From a virus (Duplodnaviria > Heunggongvirae > Uroviricota > Caudoviricetes): a stretch of DNA of 64,000 bases. The translations under genes were made by a program, and so were the position numbers. The notes under the pieces were generated by a model. It saw nothing but the letters and a program-made list of their open reading frames with translations. It was not told the DNA's origin and did not search any database. The stretch's first letter is position 1; every line of letters begins with the position of its first letter. The DNA lies in the IMG/VR virus record IMGVR_UViG_3300028914_000001, positions 189,489-253,488 of that record; one strand, 5' to 3'. Shown piece by piece: positions 1 to 9,734 of this stretch.

Positions 1-681
1 CAGCCAACCGTCGCATACGGTTCACGGGGGCGAGCGGTAAATGACGAGTACGCTCGCATCTGGTACAAGTTTTATGGAAAGGGAAATGACGGTCTCGAAC
101 CGAAGATTGCAAAGGACGGCTCAATAGTTACCGACCGTCTCGGAAAGCCAGTCTATGTACAGTCCTATGCCAAGGGGCCCTTCCCTCCTGGTTCTGCAGG
201 TGCAAAGGCTGCACTGAACGCAATGATAGCAAAGTGCAAGGCATTAGGGTACGAAAACCCAGTCTCCAACCATACGAAGGACCCGAGCATTTCCCAATGT
301 GTCGATATTGCGACTAGCGTATGTTATGCGAAGTTCCCGAAGGTTACGGAAGCACAGATGAAAAAATTCTCTTCAATCTGCTACATGTCATCCGAACCTT
401 ACAAGAACAGCCCGAACGGAAAACAGGACAATACATATCAGACCCTTCTGATGGATTACTATGCTCCAAAGGGTTTTGGACCAAAAGAGGTGGACCCGTG
501 CATCCACCTTGAAATCAGTCAGAAAGACCCTAAGTTGTCGATGTTCGATTCGGAAAACATGGACTTGACTCAGTTGCTACCAAAAATAGAGGTTGGCCTT
601 GACAATAGCAACCTGACTGACGACAGCAACTGGGATAACGCCTACGCCAAGGACCACAACGACAAGCTTAACGCTTCTTAG
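1..681 (+). CDS. 5'-truncated protein with putative M15/LAS-type Zn peptidase motifs (possible cell-wall hydrolase)
   Basis: Frame is open from base 1 into the 223..681 ORF. SNHTKDPSISQCVD resembles SxHxxxxxxD, followed by CIHLE (HxE/D). Confidence 0.4.
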   Translation, partial: QPTVAYGSRGRAVNDEYARIWYKFYGKGNDGLEPKIAKDGSIVTDRLGKPVYVQSYAKGPFPPGSAGAKAALNAMIAKCKALGYENPVSNHTKDPSISQCVDIATSVCYAKFPKVTEAQMKKFSSICYMSSEPYKNSPNGKQDNTYQTLLMDYYAPKGFGPKEVDPCIHLEISQKDPKLSMFDSENMDLTQLLPKIEVGLDNSNLTDDSNWDNAYAKDHNDKLNAS

Positions 682-1783
682 GGCGCCCGTATTTCATATT
701 CAACATCATAATTCCAGCTTCGGAACTGTATGTGTGGGCCATGATAAATTCAGGGTCTACACAGCCGTCTGGCGTCATCTTGAATTCGGAGCAATTTAGA
801 ACAGCCTCGTTAATATCCTTTACCTTGCCGCCGAAGCCCTTTGACTGAGGGTTGTCATTGCGGAATTTTGACCAGTCGAACCACCTGAACCCCATATTCA
901 TAACAGTACGAAGGTCATCAATACCAGCGTCGTCAGCATCGAAGATGATAACGCCGTTTTCCTTGTACTCGGTGAAGTTCGGGTTTGCCTCGACAAAGCT
1001 CTTGAAATGTTTCAAACCACCGACAGCAACCGAGTTCTTGATAAAGGTAGAGTCGATTGCACCTTCAAGCATGAAGAACGGCCTGTTGAAATGTAGAAAG
1101 TCGCCATTGTACAACTCACGCTTAGCGCCCGCATAGTTTCGATAGCGCATCTTCGATTGGTCACTCAAATCTCTGGCATCGAACTGAACCCATGAACCAC
1201 CAAAACGGTAGTATGGAATAATCAAACGGTTTCCATACTCGTTCCCGGTAGGAAGACCATAAGCATTCAACTTCAAGGTTCCATCAGGGTTCTTATCCAA
1301 GAAGCGCTTATCCCTCTTGCATACGAACCAATCCTTATACACCTTTTCTCTTATGCGGCGGTTCTGGCAAAACTCAACAGCTCTCCGGGCATCGGCATCA
1401 TTCGGGTCATCAAGGGGGACAAGTTCACCTTCTTTGAACGGGTACGCACCCTCGACATAGACACGTTTGTGATGCTCCTGCGGATTTTTCTTACCCTCGC
1501 AATGCAAGGTAAAAATAAGCTTATTGTAAAGTTCAGGATATGACTCCTTGAACTCCCACATGACATGGTGCATCGGATGACATTTGTAGCAAACGAAGTT
1601 CCATGTATCCTTGTACACATATGCCTTGCGTTCAGGTTTCTGGAACTCGCTGACATTCATATTCCCGCAATACGGGCATACGAAGTTAAACGAGTTGAAG
1701 TCTTCAACCATGTGATACTGGCCGAAGGCAGTCTCAACTGCGTTTCTCATATCTGCATCAGGAATGTCCCTAAAATCATACAT
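668..1783 (-). CDS. gp61: DNA primase, T4 gp61-like
   Basis: Zn finger CPYCG...CYKCH; TOPRIM motifs EGAIDS, FDADDAG, KDINE. Confidence 0.9.
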   Translation of the reverse strand: MYDFRDIPDADMRNAVETAFGQYHMVEDFNSFNFVCPYCGNMNVSEFQKPERKAYVYKDTWNFVCYKCHPMHHVMWEFKESYPELYNKLIFTLHCEGKKNPQEHHKRVYVEGAYPFKEGELVPLDDPNDADARRAVEFCQNRRIREKVYKDWFVCKRDKRFLDKNPDGTLKLNAYGLPTGNEYGNRLIIPYYRFGGSWVQFDARDLSDQSKMRYRNYAGAKRELYNGDFLHFNRPFFMLEGAIDSTFIKNSVAVGGLKHFKSFVEANPNFTEYKENGVIIFDADDAGIDDLRTVMNMGFRWFDWSKFRNDNPQSKGFGGKVKDINEAVLNCSEFKMTPDGCVDPEFIMAHTYSSEAGIMMLNMKYGRPKKR

Positions 1784-2676
1784 TATGCAAAGTAGTCCAC
1801 GTTAGATACAATTTTTACGCTAAATTCAGAGCTTGCCACAACAATGTTAATCTCGCTTCTTGGAGCATCTTTCTCCGTATTCTTCGGGTCCAGGAGGGCA
1901 CCCGGCTTCACTATATAACCCTTCATGGTCATAAGGTCATTTGCGCTGTTCTTGAAACGGCGAAGTTCAATGTTCACATCGCCGCCGATGGTATCCATGA
2001 AACGGAGAGAACCCGACGGGAACAATCTCTGCCTTCCGCCAGCAAATGTATCAAGGCATTCAGCCTCGTCTTCGACAAAGAAGCAATGTTCGTCAATCTT
2101 TCTGGTGATTTGCTGGGTTCCGCTGCCCTTGATTAGCATGCGGCATTGCAAGTCGTTGGTGACCGTAATCGAAAGAGCCTTGCAGCTAGCAATCAACTTA
2201 ATATCCTTCACGATACTGTGTAGGATTTCTGCATTGAAACCAAGGCGAGCGACAAGCTTCAACTGTTCGTTGAAGATTTTCATGTATTTTTTGTCGGCAT
2301 ACACAGAATCGTCGGCCACGCCGATACGAGCGTCCTTGTCCTTACCAATGAAAATGATGTTGTCATAGTCCAATCCACGGATAGTCTTTTCACGGGCAAC
2401 CTTGATTTCACACTTCGGGAAACCCGTAGCTTCGGCATACTTGATGAAGTCCGGGAGAGAGGAAATCTGAAGACGAGGTTCGTCGAAGCAAACGTCGTTT
2501 TCAGTGGCGATAACATGCACCATCGCACTGTCGCAAATACCATTGAAGTAGTATTTCCCGGTATACTGTCCATCGCTGCCCTTACCTTTGAATATAAGAC
2601 CAGCTTTCATTTTCATCATTGAGTTAATTGTCTTCAATACATTGAAGTATTCTTGGCTAATTCGTACGACGCCCAT
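1783..2676 (-). CDS. gp45: sliding clamp, T4 gp45-like
   Basis: N-terminus ISQEYFNVLKTINS and ISSLPDFIKY resemble gp45 (LKNFATINS...IYDLNGFL); replication-cluster context. Confidence 0.6.
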   Translation of the reverse strand: MGVVRISQEYFNVLKTINSMMKMKAGLIFKGKGSDGQYTGKYYFNGICDSAMVHVIATENDVCFDEPRLQISSLPDFIKYAEATGFPKCEIKVAREKTIRGLDYDNIIFIGKDKDARIGVADDSVYADKKYMKIFNEQLKLVARLGFNAEILHSIVKDIKLIASCKALSITVTNDLQCRMLIKGSGTQQITRKIDEHCFFVEDEAECLDTFAGGRQRLFPSGSLRFMDTIGGDVNIELRRFKNSANDLMTMKGYIVKPGALLDPKNTEKDAPRSEINIVVASSEFSVKIVSNVDYFA

Positions 2677-2713
2677 ATGAGACCTCTTTTTTAATAATAA
2701 AATATAGTACGAA

Positions 2714-2737
2714 AAGACCCCTTTTGCAAGGGGTCTT
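2714..2737. terminator. hairpin, probable intrinsic terminator
   Basis: AAGACCCCTT-ttgc-AAGGGGTCTT perfect inverted repeat flanked by A tracts. Confidence 0.6.
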
Positions 2738-2767
2738 AAAAAAGAATCTATCTAGCAACCTATATGG

Positions 2768-3922
2768 TTAAAAAATAACCTTTCGCTGATACCTATCATT
2801 CGAACACAAGGCAACCTGCTTTCCTGCCGCAGTTTCCGCAAAAATAACGGAACTGTCGTGAATGCTGCCCAGAAGGATGTTCATGATACGGCACTTAACG
2901 GCAAACGGAGAAAATTCCTTAGCTTCGCCAACTGAAACCATTTTGAAGATTTCACCGTACTTTTCCTTCCAAGTGATGCCGACATTGCGAGGACCGATGT
3001 ATTCAAACGTCAGCACGTCATTCTTGTTGGTGGCGGCGAGGTTCTCACAAAGCTTCGGAATAGCTTCATCAAATGTCGTACCTGGGGTAATGAACTTGGT
3101 TTCGCCATCCTTGAAGACCAAGGTTTCATACTTGCTCGGACCGACATTGGCAACCACAGTGATTGTACCGTCACTAGCCATGATTGATTGAGACTTTTCG
3201 TCGTAGTCGATAGTCACTGTTCCCACACCAATAAAGGACAGCAGCTTCATAGTAGACTTGCTCACGTTAAAGGCAAAGTTCGGGGTATTCTTAGAGTTTC
3301 CAGCATTACTCATATTGTAACGAGTAACCACAGACATATCGTCGTTACCGACACGGAACGAAACCACCCCAGACTTTCTGCAGATGTCTACGTCGGCAAA
3401 GAAATCGCTGAGACTGAACAGTTCAACCATGTCACCCTGTTCCATATCAAATGTGGCACTAGATTCGCCGAACACGGCTTCGTCGAACGGTTCCACATTA
3501 ACCATTTCAGCTTCGTACGAGAATATCGGCTCGGCTTCTTCCACCGAAGCAACTTCTGTGCCCGCCGCTTCATCTTCGCCCTTTTTCACAGTAAGGTCGG
3601 AGACATCAGGTGCCTTCAAGAATCCAGCAACATGGATGGTATCGCCCTGTCGCATGAGTGCAATCTGTTCGCTGTTGATACAGGTGTTGAGCGCCTTACC
3701 AAGGAAACGGGCATTAAAGTAAAACTCGTTGCAGTCATCGAAGTCAGACACATCGTAGTCTCCAATCCATATCGGAGTCTTGATTTTAAGACCGCATTTC
3801 AGAGTGAAATACACCTCTTTTTTGCCGACAACCACCTTAACTGGTTCATCAGCACTTTCCACACCACCAATAAGCGATGCCGCATAACGAAGAGCCGGAG
3901 AATTTGTATCAAAAAGTATCAT
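2768..3922 (-). CDS. acidic 384-aa protein, possibly DnaN (beta clamp)-like
   Basis: DnaN-like size; FNARFLGKAL and FNVSKSTMKLL segments in repeated beta/alpha units; adjacent to the gp45-like gene. Confidence 0.4.
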   Translation of the reverse strand: MILFDTNSPALRYAASLIGGVESADEPVKVVVGKKEVYFTLKCGLKIKTPIWIGDYDVSDFDDCNEFYFNARFLGKALNTCINSEQIALMRQGDTIHVAGFLKAPDVSDLTVKKGEDEAAGTEVASVEEAEPIFSYEAEMVNVEPFDEAVFGESSATFDMEQGDMVELFSLSDFFADVDICRKSGVVSFRVGNDDMSVVTRYNMSNAGNSKNTPNFAFNVSKSTMKLLSFIGVGTVTIDYDEKSQSIMASDGTITVVANVGPSKYETLVFKDGETKFITPGTTFDEAIPKLCENLAATNKNDVLTFEYIGPRNVGITWKEKYGEIFKMVSVGEAKEFSPFAVKCRIMNILLGSIHDSSVIFAETAAGKQVALCSNDRYQRKVIF

Positions 3923-3968
3923 ATAACTTCCATTAGTTTACTTTCTACATTAAAATACATTATTCCAA

Positions 3969-3995
3969 CAAAAAAGACGTGCCTTTCGGCACGCC
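3969..3995 (-). terminator. intrinsic terminator after gp32
   Basis: Minus strand GGCGTGCC-gaaa-GGCACGTC followed by T6. Confidence 0.75.
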
Positions 3996-4018
3996 TCTCA
4001 CCACTTTCTCTCTCTTTG

Positions 4019-4055
4019 TTGACATACTCCCACGACTAAAGTCGTGGGCTTTCAG
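4019..4055 (-). mobile_element. solo IS200/IS605-type right-end relic
   Basis: Minus strand GAAAGCCCACGACTTTAGTCGTGGGAGTATGTCAA: subterminal palindrome plus TCAA terminus. Confidence 0.6.
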
Positions 4056-4065
4056 TTCAGCGTAA

Positions 4066-5493
4066 TTAGAACGGAAGGTCATCATCCTTGAATGCTGGTG
4101 CATTCTGCTGCATGGCCGGAGTCTGAGCCTGAGCAGTCATCTGCGGTTGAGCAGCAGCGTTGAGCTGCGGCTGAGCCGGATTGCTGAACTGCGGCTGTGC
4201 AGGGGTATTGAACTGCGGTTGGGCCGGAGCATTAAACAGCGGCTGTGCAGGAGCGGATGCCTGAACCGGGGTCGTCATCTGTGGTTGAGCGGCAGCGTTT
4301 AACTGCGGCTGAGCCGGAGATACAACAGTCGGCTGAGCAAGCGGAGTACCACCCATTCCGTTCAAAGACGGCTGTACAGGAGCATTCTGTTGCGGCTGAG
4401 CGTTAGCAGCAGGATTGATGGTCGGAGGAGTCACGAACGGGGTCTGTGCAGGCTGTTGCGGCTGAGCGTTAGCGGCGAAGCCAGCAGCGGCACCAGCATA
4501 GTTACCATTCGGATTCGGACGTGCTGCAGGAGCAGACGTGTTCGGAGTGATGTCGTCAGCACCGCCAACAGCAGCGTTACCACTCTGCGACACCAACCAA
4601 TCATTCAACATTTTTTGTGCTGTCTTATAGTCAGGAGCGAGGTCTTCCTTCTGGTATTCATCAAGGTCCACACACTGACTAAGGATTGCATAGACTTCCT
4701 CTTGTGTGTTAGCCAAGTTGCTCGGCTGGTCAACAAACTTACTGTTATCATAGCTGTTGATTGGCTTGCCGTCGATTTCCTTGCTGGATTCCTGGCAAGT
4801 GACAATGAAGTCACGTCCGCCAATAACCTGTTCAGGGTAGAAGCGGGAAGCCGTCTTCATTTCGAATGCGTCAGGGACGAATTCAGAATCCTTGGCATAA
4901 CGGTTCGCCTTGACGTTGCGCCACCTTCTCTTGGCAACAACTTCAGGTTCACGAGGATAGTCAAGCCATTCGTTCACCTTCACGGAATGGTCCCAAATCT
5001 TCACCGCACCATCAAATTCCGGCTTTACGTTATCAGCACGAATAAGGGTGTTGGCAACGTAGGAAGTTGAAGCCTGATTCAACTGGTTCACCTTCAATTC
5101 AGCAGCAGCGGCAGCATCGCCAGCATCTGCAGCCTTTTTAAGCATAGCCCAACGGTTGAACGTCCAGTCGCAGAAAGGACAGATATCCTTCTGCTTGATA
5201 CCATCGTAGGTAGTCTTCAAGCACTTAAAGTACTTCTTTTCACCATTTCCAATACGGAGATAATGGACCATAATCTTACGGAACGGGGACGGATTTGCCC
5301 TGTCGTAGTCCAGGTTTCCCTGAGCGTCACGTTTCATGTTCGGAAGAATACGGACCTGAGCCGAATAGGTCTTGTGGTCCTGGTCCAACCTGGTTTTCCA
5401 GACACGTTCGTCAACCTTATGTGTCGGTTCGGTTGAATTTTGAGGGAGGGAGCCCGCAACGGGCACGTAGTTCATGTCAATGTTATTAGTCAT
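4066..5493 (-). CDS. gp32: single-stranded DNA-binding protein, T4 gp32-like, with long Q/P/A tail
   Basis: AQVRILP, HY...KCLKT...CPFC Zn site, SYVANTLI, GRDF, SYDNSKF; ends DDDLPF. Confidence 0.85.
   Translation of the reverse strand: MTNNIDMNYVPVAGSLPQNSTEPTHKVDERVWKTRLDQDHKTYSAQVRILPNMKRDAQGNLDYDRANPSPFRKIMVHYLRIGNGEKKYFKCLKTTYDGIKQKDICPFCDWTFNRWAMLKKAADAGDAAAAAELKVNQLNQASTSYVANTLIRADNVKPEFDGAVKIWDHSVKVNEWLDYPREPEVVAKRRWRNVKANRYAKDSEFVPDAFEMKTASRFYPEQVIGGRDFIVTCQESSKEIDGKPINSYDNSKFVDQPSNLANTQEEVYAILSQCVDLDEYQKEDLAPDYKTAQKMLNDWLVSQSGNAAVGGADDITPNTSAPAARPNPNGNYAGAAAGFAANAQPQQPAQTPFVTPPTINPAANAQPQQNAPVQPSLNGMGGTPLAQPTVVSPAQPQLNAAAQPQMTTPVQASAPAQPLFNAPAQPQFNTPAQPQFSNPAQPQLNAAAQPQMTAQAQTPAMQQNAPAFKDDDLPF
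4125..4420 (-). repeat. degenerate coding repeats PAQPQ(L/F)N and PAQPQLNAAAQPQMT x2 in the gp32 tail
   Basis: Read directly from the translation. Confidence 0.75.
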
Positions 5494-5617
5494 GTTATTA
5501 CCTTCTGTTAAATTACTCTGTTATTAACTGAGGATTTCTCCTCGATTAAAGTTTATACAGTGAGCAATCATATAACAAAACATAATATAACTTATTCCAA
5601 ATGCAAATGCAAGGGTG

Positions 5618-6316
5618 CTATTGCATTTTTTTCTTCTTTTCGTATTCCAACGCTTCCGCTTGCTGACGCTTGTATTCAAGCATCTTTGCCTGTTCGGTTT
5701 TGTGCATGGTTTCCACGACTTCCCTCAGGTTCTCAGGAGTTTTGTAATCCTCTTCGTCAGCATGGAGTTCATTCAGGGCGTCCTCGATGTCGTCGAACAA
5801 GTCGTCAATGTTCCATTCGAGGTGGGCGACCACCTTGCTCTTAATGGTAGCAAAGTCGAATACGTTTCTTTCTTCCTTGCTCAACTCGGTATCTTCCACC
5901 TCGTCTGCATGGTTCGGGTTGTAATCGTCACGAATCTTGACACACTGCTGGCCCTTGTCGTCCACATAGGTCTCGGTAATCTCTTCGGCTTCCTTCTGGT
6001 CGAGAACCTTCTCATATTCAATCTCCGAAGCTTCGGTGTACTCATCTGCAATGCCGAAGTAGCTCTTTCCGACCCACTTCTTTTCAGGAGCGCTCTCACG
6101 AATCTTCTGAATCCATTTCTTATAGTGTTCGGTTTCGACAAGCTGGTAAGCCTTAGGCCCGGTCGGCAGGAACGGAGTATCGTCAAGCATCTTGCTATGG
6201 CCCGTCGCAGTCAGCCTCTGCATGTCAGCGTTCAACAGAGCAAGTTGTTTCTTCTTTTCTTGCTTGTTCTCTTCAATCACCTGTCTGTCTTTTTTCGTAA
6301 GTGTGCATCTTTGCAT
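5618..6316 (-). CDS. hypothetical protein (charged)
   Basis: 232-aa ORF packed in the minus-strand operon. Confidence 0.75.
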   Translation of the reverse strand: MQRCTLTKKDRQVIEENKQEKKKQLALLNADMQRLTATGHSKMLDDTPFLPTGPKAYQLVETEHYKKWIQKIRESAPEKKWVGKSYFGIADEYTEASEIEYEKVLDQKEAEEITETYVDDKGQQCVKIRDDYNPNHADEVEDTELSKEERNVFDFATIKSKVVAHLEWNIDDLFDDIEDALNELHADEEDYKTPENLREVVETMHKTEQAKMLEYKRQQAEALEYEKKKKMQ

Positions 6317-6317
6317 A

Positions 6318-6749
6318 TTATTTCCCCTTTTCCAAACGTGCTATAATTCTTTCTTTCAATCCCGGCGGCAAACTAGACTTGTCAAGTTCAAGCCGCCCTT
6401 CTCGCTTAGCCTTCTCGAAACCGTCAGAAATCTGGTCAACAATCAACTCGATTATATCGTCAGAAAACACGTTCTTGACAAGGAAGTCGAGGTCGAAATA
6501 TTCGTCCAGACTCGATACAATCTCGAACATGCCTATTTGAGAATCGGATTCATGCAAGAGCTGATAAACCGATTCTATACATTCGTTAAAGTAATTAGCC
6601 CGGTCCTTAATCAGCGGTTCAGGCATACTGAACAGCCCACAAGTTCCGTCGACTGCGGACGGGGTCGAGAACATAGCCTCAATCTTTCCGCAAATCATCT
6701 GCCTCTGGTGTTCATCTAGGATAGTAAACATAAAAACCCAGTAGTTCAA
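6318..6749 (-). CDS. hypothetical protein (weakly gp33-like); true start may be downstream
   Basis: Small acidic helical ORF between gp41 and gp32. Confidence 0.55.
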   Translation of the reverse strand: MNYWVFMFTILDEHQRQMICGKIEAMFSTPSAVDGTCGLFSMPEPLIKDRANYFNECIESVYQLLHESDSQIGMFEIVSSLDEYFDLDFLVKNVFSDDIIELIVDQISDGFEKAKREGRLELDKSSLPPGLKERIIARLEKGK

Positions 6750-6770
6750 TCTACTGGGTAAAATACATTT

Positions 6771-8270
6771 TTAATATAGAATCTCTACCGCCTCTACTGG
6801 CTTTTCCTTCTTCTGCCGTTGTTGAGGCTGAGGCTGAGGCTGCTGCAGCGGAGGTTGTTGTGCCTGAGGCTGGGGACCTCGATACTGGTTCCTCTGTTCA
6901 AACTCTTCCTGCAACATCGATTCCTTTTGGATACTCTCGATAAGTTCCATATCCTCGGGGTCAATATCGCTGAGTCGCATGTGAGGCCAATCGACCTTTA
7001 CATTGAACTGAACATCAGCCGAGCCCATTCGGTTCTTGCTAATCGTCACGCACAGGAACCCTGCCTTTTTCAAGGCAACGTCACGAACGATGATGTAGTA
7101 GAAGTCCACCGTATCGCCAAGACCCATGGAACCTGATGTCTGGTCCATGCCGATATCCTTCATGCGGTAGCCAGCTCGTTGCATCTGCGTTCCCGTCAAG
7201 ATAGCCATATCCCTGTTGACGGCCATGTTTCTCAACTGTTCTGCGGCATACAAGATTTTCTGGTAACTGCCTTCATGCGGACTGTATGTACCCGCATTCG
7301 GGCTCATGATACCAATGTAGTCAACAACCAAGAAGTCAATCTTGACCCCTTCCAGCTGTTCCAATTCGGAAAGATAAGCCTCGATGTCATCAGGTGTAGT
7401 CTTACGGGTAGGCATCCAGTTGATGTACAAGTTACCAGGAGTGGCGAGTTCCGGGGCATGGGAATCTTGAAGTCTGACAATAACTTCCTCATCGTCCATC
7501 TTAGCGATGTCATAACGAGACACATCAAGAATAGCGCTTGTGACACGTTCCCAAATCTTCGCCGCATCAAGTTCAAGGCTGATATACACCACGTTGTAAC
7601 CGAGCGTGGCAGCAAATGCAGCCTCGTTAACCATGAACATCGACTTACCACCGCCAGATGTACCGCCAACAAGGCTTAGGCACTTGCGGAAATAACCACC
7701 ACATGTTCCCTGTGCATCAGGGGTTTCGCTTGTAAACCGTCTTATCGCCTCAATCTTAGATGGAATACTCTTTTCCATGCTACCAAGTCTTGCCTTAGCA
7801 GCCCTGGCATCACGAATATAATGTATACCCATGTTAGTATTAAGCCGGAAGTTTAGCGCATCCTGCAACTTCGGCATAATCCCACGCATGGCGGTCGGGT
7901 CCTTGCCATGCATGTGGAGGGCGTATTCTTCCATCAATCGTTGGGATACCTGAAACTTGAAATAATTTTCAATGGTCTCTTTCTTTATGTCAGGAGCGAT
8001 TACCCCAATAGGCTTCGTAATCTTTAAGAGCTGTTCCTTCGCCTCGTCACTATATCCGGGATTCTGGTTCAGACCAGTAACAAGTTCTTGGGCAGTCGGG
8101 TAACGACTATATTTCCGATGAAACGCATTAACAAGATGAACAATCTGCTTATTCGCCTTATCATCGAAATATTCTTCTTTCATCTTGTCAGTGATACGTA
8201 AACGGACATTTTCATCCTCAAAGAAGCATCTCAGGACATAATCTTCATCACTCAAATCCGCTACTATCAT
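6771..8270 (-). CDS. gp41: replicative DnaB-family helicase, T4 gp41-like
   Basis: Walker A GTSGGGKS, SLEL, VVDYIG, TQMQR, KNRMG; Q-rich C-terminal tail. Confidence 0.92.
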   Translation of the reverse strand: MIVADLSDEDYVLRCFFEDENVRLRITDKMKEEYFDDKANKQIVHLVNAFHRKYSRYPTAQELVTGLNQNPGYSDEAKEQLLKITKPIGVIAPDIKKETIENYFKFQVSQRLMEEYALHMHGKDPTAMRGIMPKLQDALNFRLNTNMGIHYIRDARAAKARLGSMEKSIPSKIEAIRRFTSETPDAQGTCGGYFRKCLSLVGGTSGGGKSMFMVNEAAFAATLGYNVVYISLELDAAKIWERVTSAILDVSRYDIAKMDDEEVIVRLQDSHAPELATPGNLYINWMPTRKTTPDDIEAYLSELEQLEGVKIDFLVVDYIGIMSPNAGTYSPHEGSYQKILYAAEQLRNMAVNRDMAILTGTQMQRAGYRMKDIGMDQTSGSMGLGDTVDFYYIIVRDVALKKAGFLCVTISKNRMGSADVQFNVKVDWPHMRLSDIDPEDMELIESIQKESMLQEEFEQRNQYRGPQPQAQQPPLQQPQPQPQQRQKKEKPVEAVEILY

Positions 8271-8306
8271 ATTACACCTTAACGTTAGTTATTTCATCAA
8301 TATATA

Positions 8307-8335
8307 AAGATACATTATCAACAAATCTTTGGCAA
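8307..8335 (-). promoter_or_regulatory. sigma70-type promoter for gp41
   Basis: TTGCCA-N17-TATCTT. Confidence 0.5.
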
Positions 8336-8338
8336 GAG

Positions 8339-8376
8339 AAAAAACCAGGCGGAATTACAAATATCCGCCTGGTTTT
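8339..8376 (-). terminator. intrinsic terminator after uvsX
   Basis: AAAACCAGGCGGA...TCCGCCTGGTTTT inverted repeat. Confidence 0.75.
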
Positions 8377-8391
8377 AATTAGGTATTTCTG

Positions 8392-9648
8392 TTACTTAAC
8401 GCCCTTAGCAGCGATTTCAGCAGCAGACTCTTCCTGCACATCCTCGATTTCATCACTGATGTTCTTCGGGGTGGCAGCAGCTTCTTCCTTCAACTTGCTC
8501 TTGCGGGCCTTTTTCTTGGTGACTTCTTCCTCGCTGAGCGGAGCTGGCATCTCACCAACAAGGTCTTTCGCAAAGAGAGACACGTCGTACATGTAGTTCT
8601 TGGCGATGTAATCAAGGAACTTCTGGTCCGTCATGAGCGGTTCCATAAATTCCCTTGTATTGCATTCGTCAGCATCGTCGTCCGTCCAACGGAATTCACG
8701 GAGAAGTTCACCCGTTTCCTTGTCGATATCGTAATCAGGACGATGGAGGAATGTACCCTTGTTGCCCTTCGGCGTTACAACCGCAACGCCAGCAGCGATT
8801 ACGTCATCGACCAATCCGTACCAGCGGTCGATACCGCCGTTCGTAAGGATACGGTATTCGCACTTACGGTCTTCCATACCGTCACGTCCCTTCTTAATCT
8901 GGGCGGTAACAATCTTACCAATCTTGGACGAACCAGATTCCTGCTTTTCCTTCGACTTGTAAGCTCTTCCAGTCGTACAAACAAGCACAATAGCATCGCT
9001 GTTGAAATACAGTTCGCAACCACCAGGGATATTCTTCGGGTCCTTGTACTGTTCGAGGGAGTCGTAAACGTGGTTGATGATAAGGGCGGTGAACTCGGCT
9101 GCGTTAATCAGCTTGGCAAGTTCGTTCTTCTTGATGGCGGTCTGACCCATGTCAGCCGTCGGCTTGTCCTTACCCGTCTGCTTGTCGATAGCCTCGACAC
9201 GCTGCAAGGAAACAAGCGGGCCCCAAGAGTCGAACAGGAGGAACACTTCATGACGTTCCTTACGGGTCAATCCCTTCTGGGCATTCGTTACAAATTCATT
9301 GATTTGGTGGATATACTTAGATTCAAACACCACGATGTCGTCAGTATTCACGCCGAGACGCTGTGCCAACTTAAAGTTGAATGCGCCTTCCGAGGACACG
9401 ACAAGGCAGTCCATCCCTGCATGATACGCACTGGCGAGGTAATAAAGGCCGATAAGGGACTTACCCATTGTTGACGGGGCTGCGATTTCCGTCATGTGGC
9501 CTTTCTTGATACCGTGGTTCAGCATACCGCTGAAAAGGATGTCAAGAACTGGGATTCCAGAACCAATGTATTCGACTGGTTCATTCTTGGTAATAATGTT
9601 TTCTGCGAAGGCTTTGTTTGCCTTCAGCCTGTCTGTCAATTTAGACAT
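8392..9648 (-). CDS. uvsX: RecA-like recombinase UvsX
   Basis: APSTMGKS, FDSWG, NHVY, PGGCELYF; start moved to MSKLTD, which follows AGGAG. Confidence 0.9.
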   Translation of the reverse strand: MSKLTDRLKANKAFAENIITKNEPVEYIGSGIPVLDILFSGMLNHGIKKGHMTEIAAPSTMGKSLIGLYYLASAYHAGMDCLVVSSEGAFNFKLAQRLGVNTDDIVVFESKYIHQINEFVTNAQKGLTRKERHEVFLLFDSWGPLVSLQRVEAIDKQTGKDKPTADMGQTAIKKNELAKLINAAEFTALIINHVYDSLEQYKDPKNIPGGCELYFNSDAIVLVCTTGRAYKSKEKQESGSSKIGKIVTAQIKKGRDGMEDRKCEYRILTNGGIDRWYGLVDDVIAAGVAVVTPKGNKGTFLHRPDYDIDKETGELLREFRWTDDDADECNTREFMEPLMTDQKFLDYIAKNYMYDVSLFAKDLVGEMPAPLSEEEVTKKKARKSKLKEEAAATPKNISDEIEDVQEESAAEIAAKGVK

Positions 9649-9734
9649 ATCGTACTCCTGTCTGGTTCGACGCTCAACCCAGGGGGTCATGGTCTTCAGA
9701 CTCGTTAATGTGTTGACATTCTATGTTTATAAGA

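Noticed and set aside
6318-6749. Assignment as gp33 late co-activator
   Set aside because: Only size, charge and position are suggestive; no firm motif.
9650-9734. Possible structured 5' leader of uvsX (GTCTG...CAGAC just before the RBS)
   Set aside because: The pairing is short and could be chance; no recognisable riboswitch.
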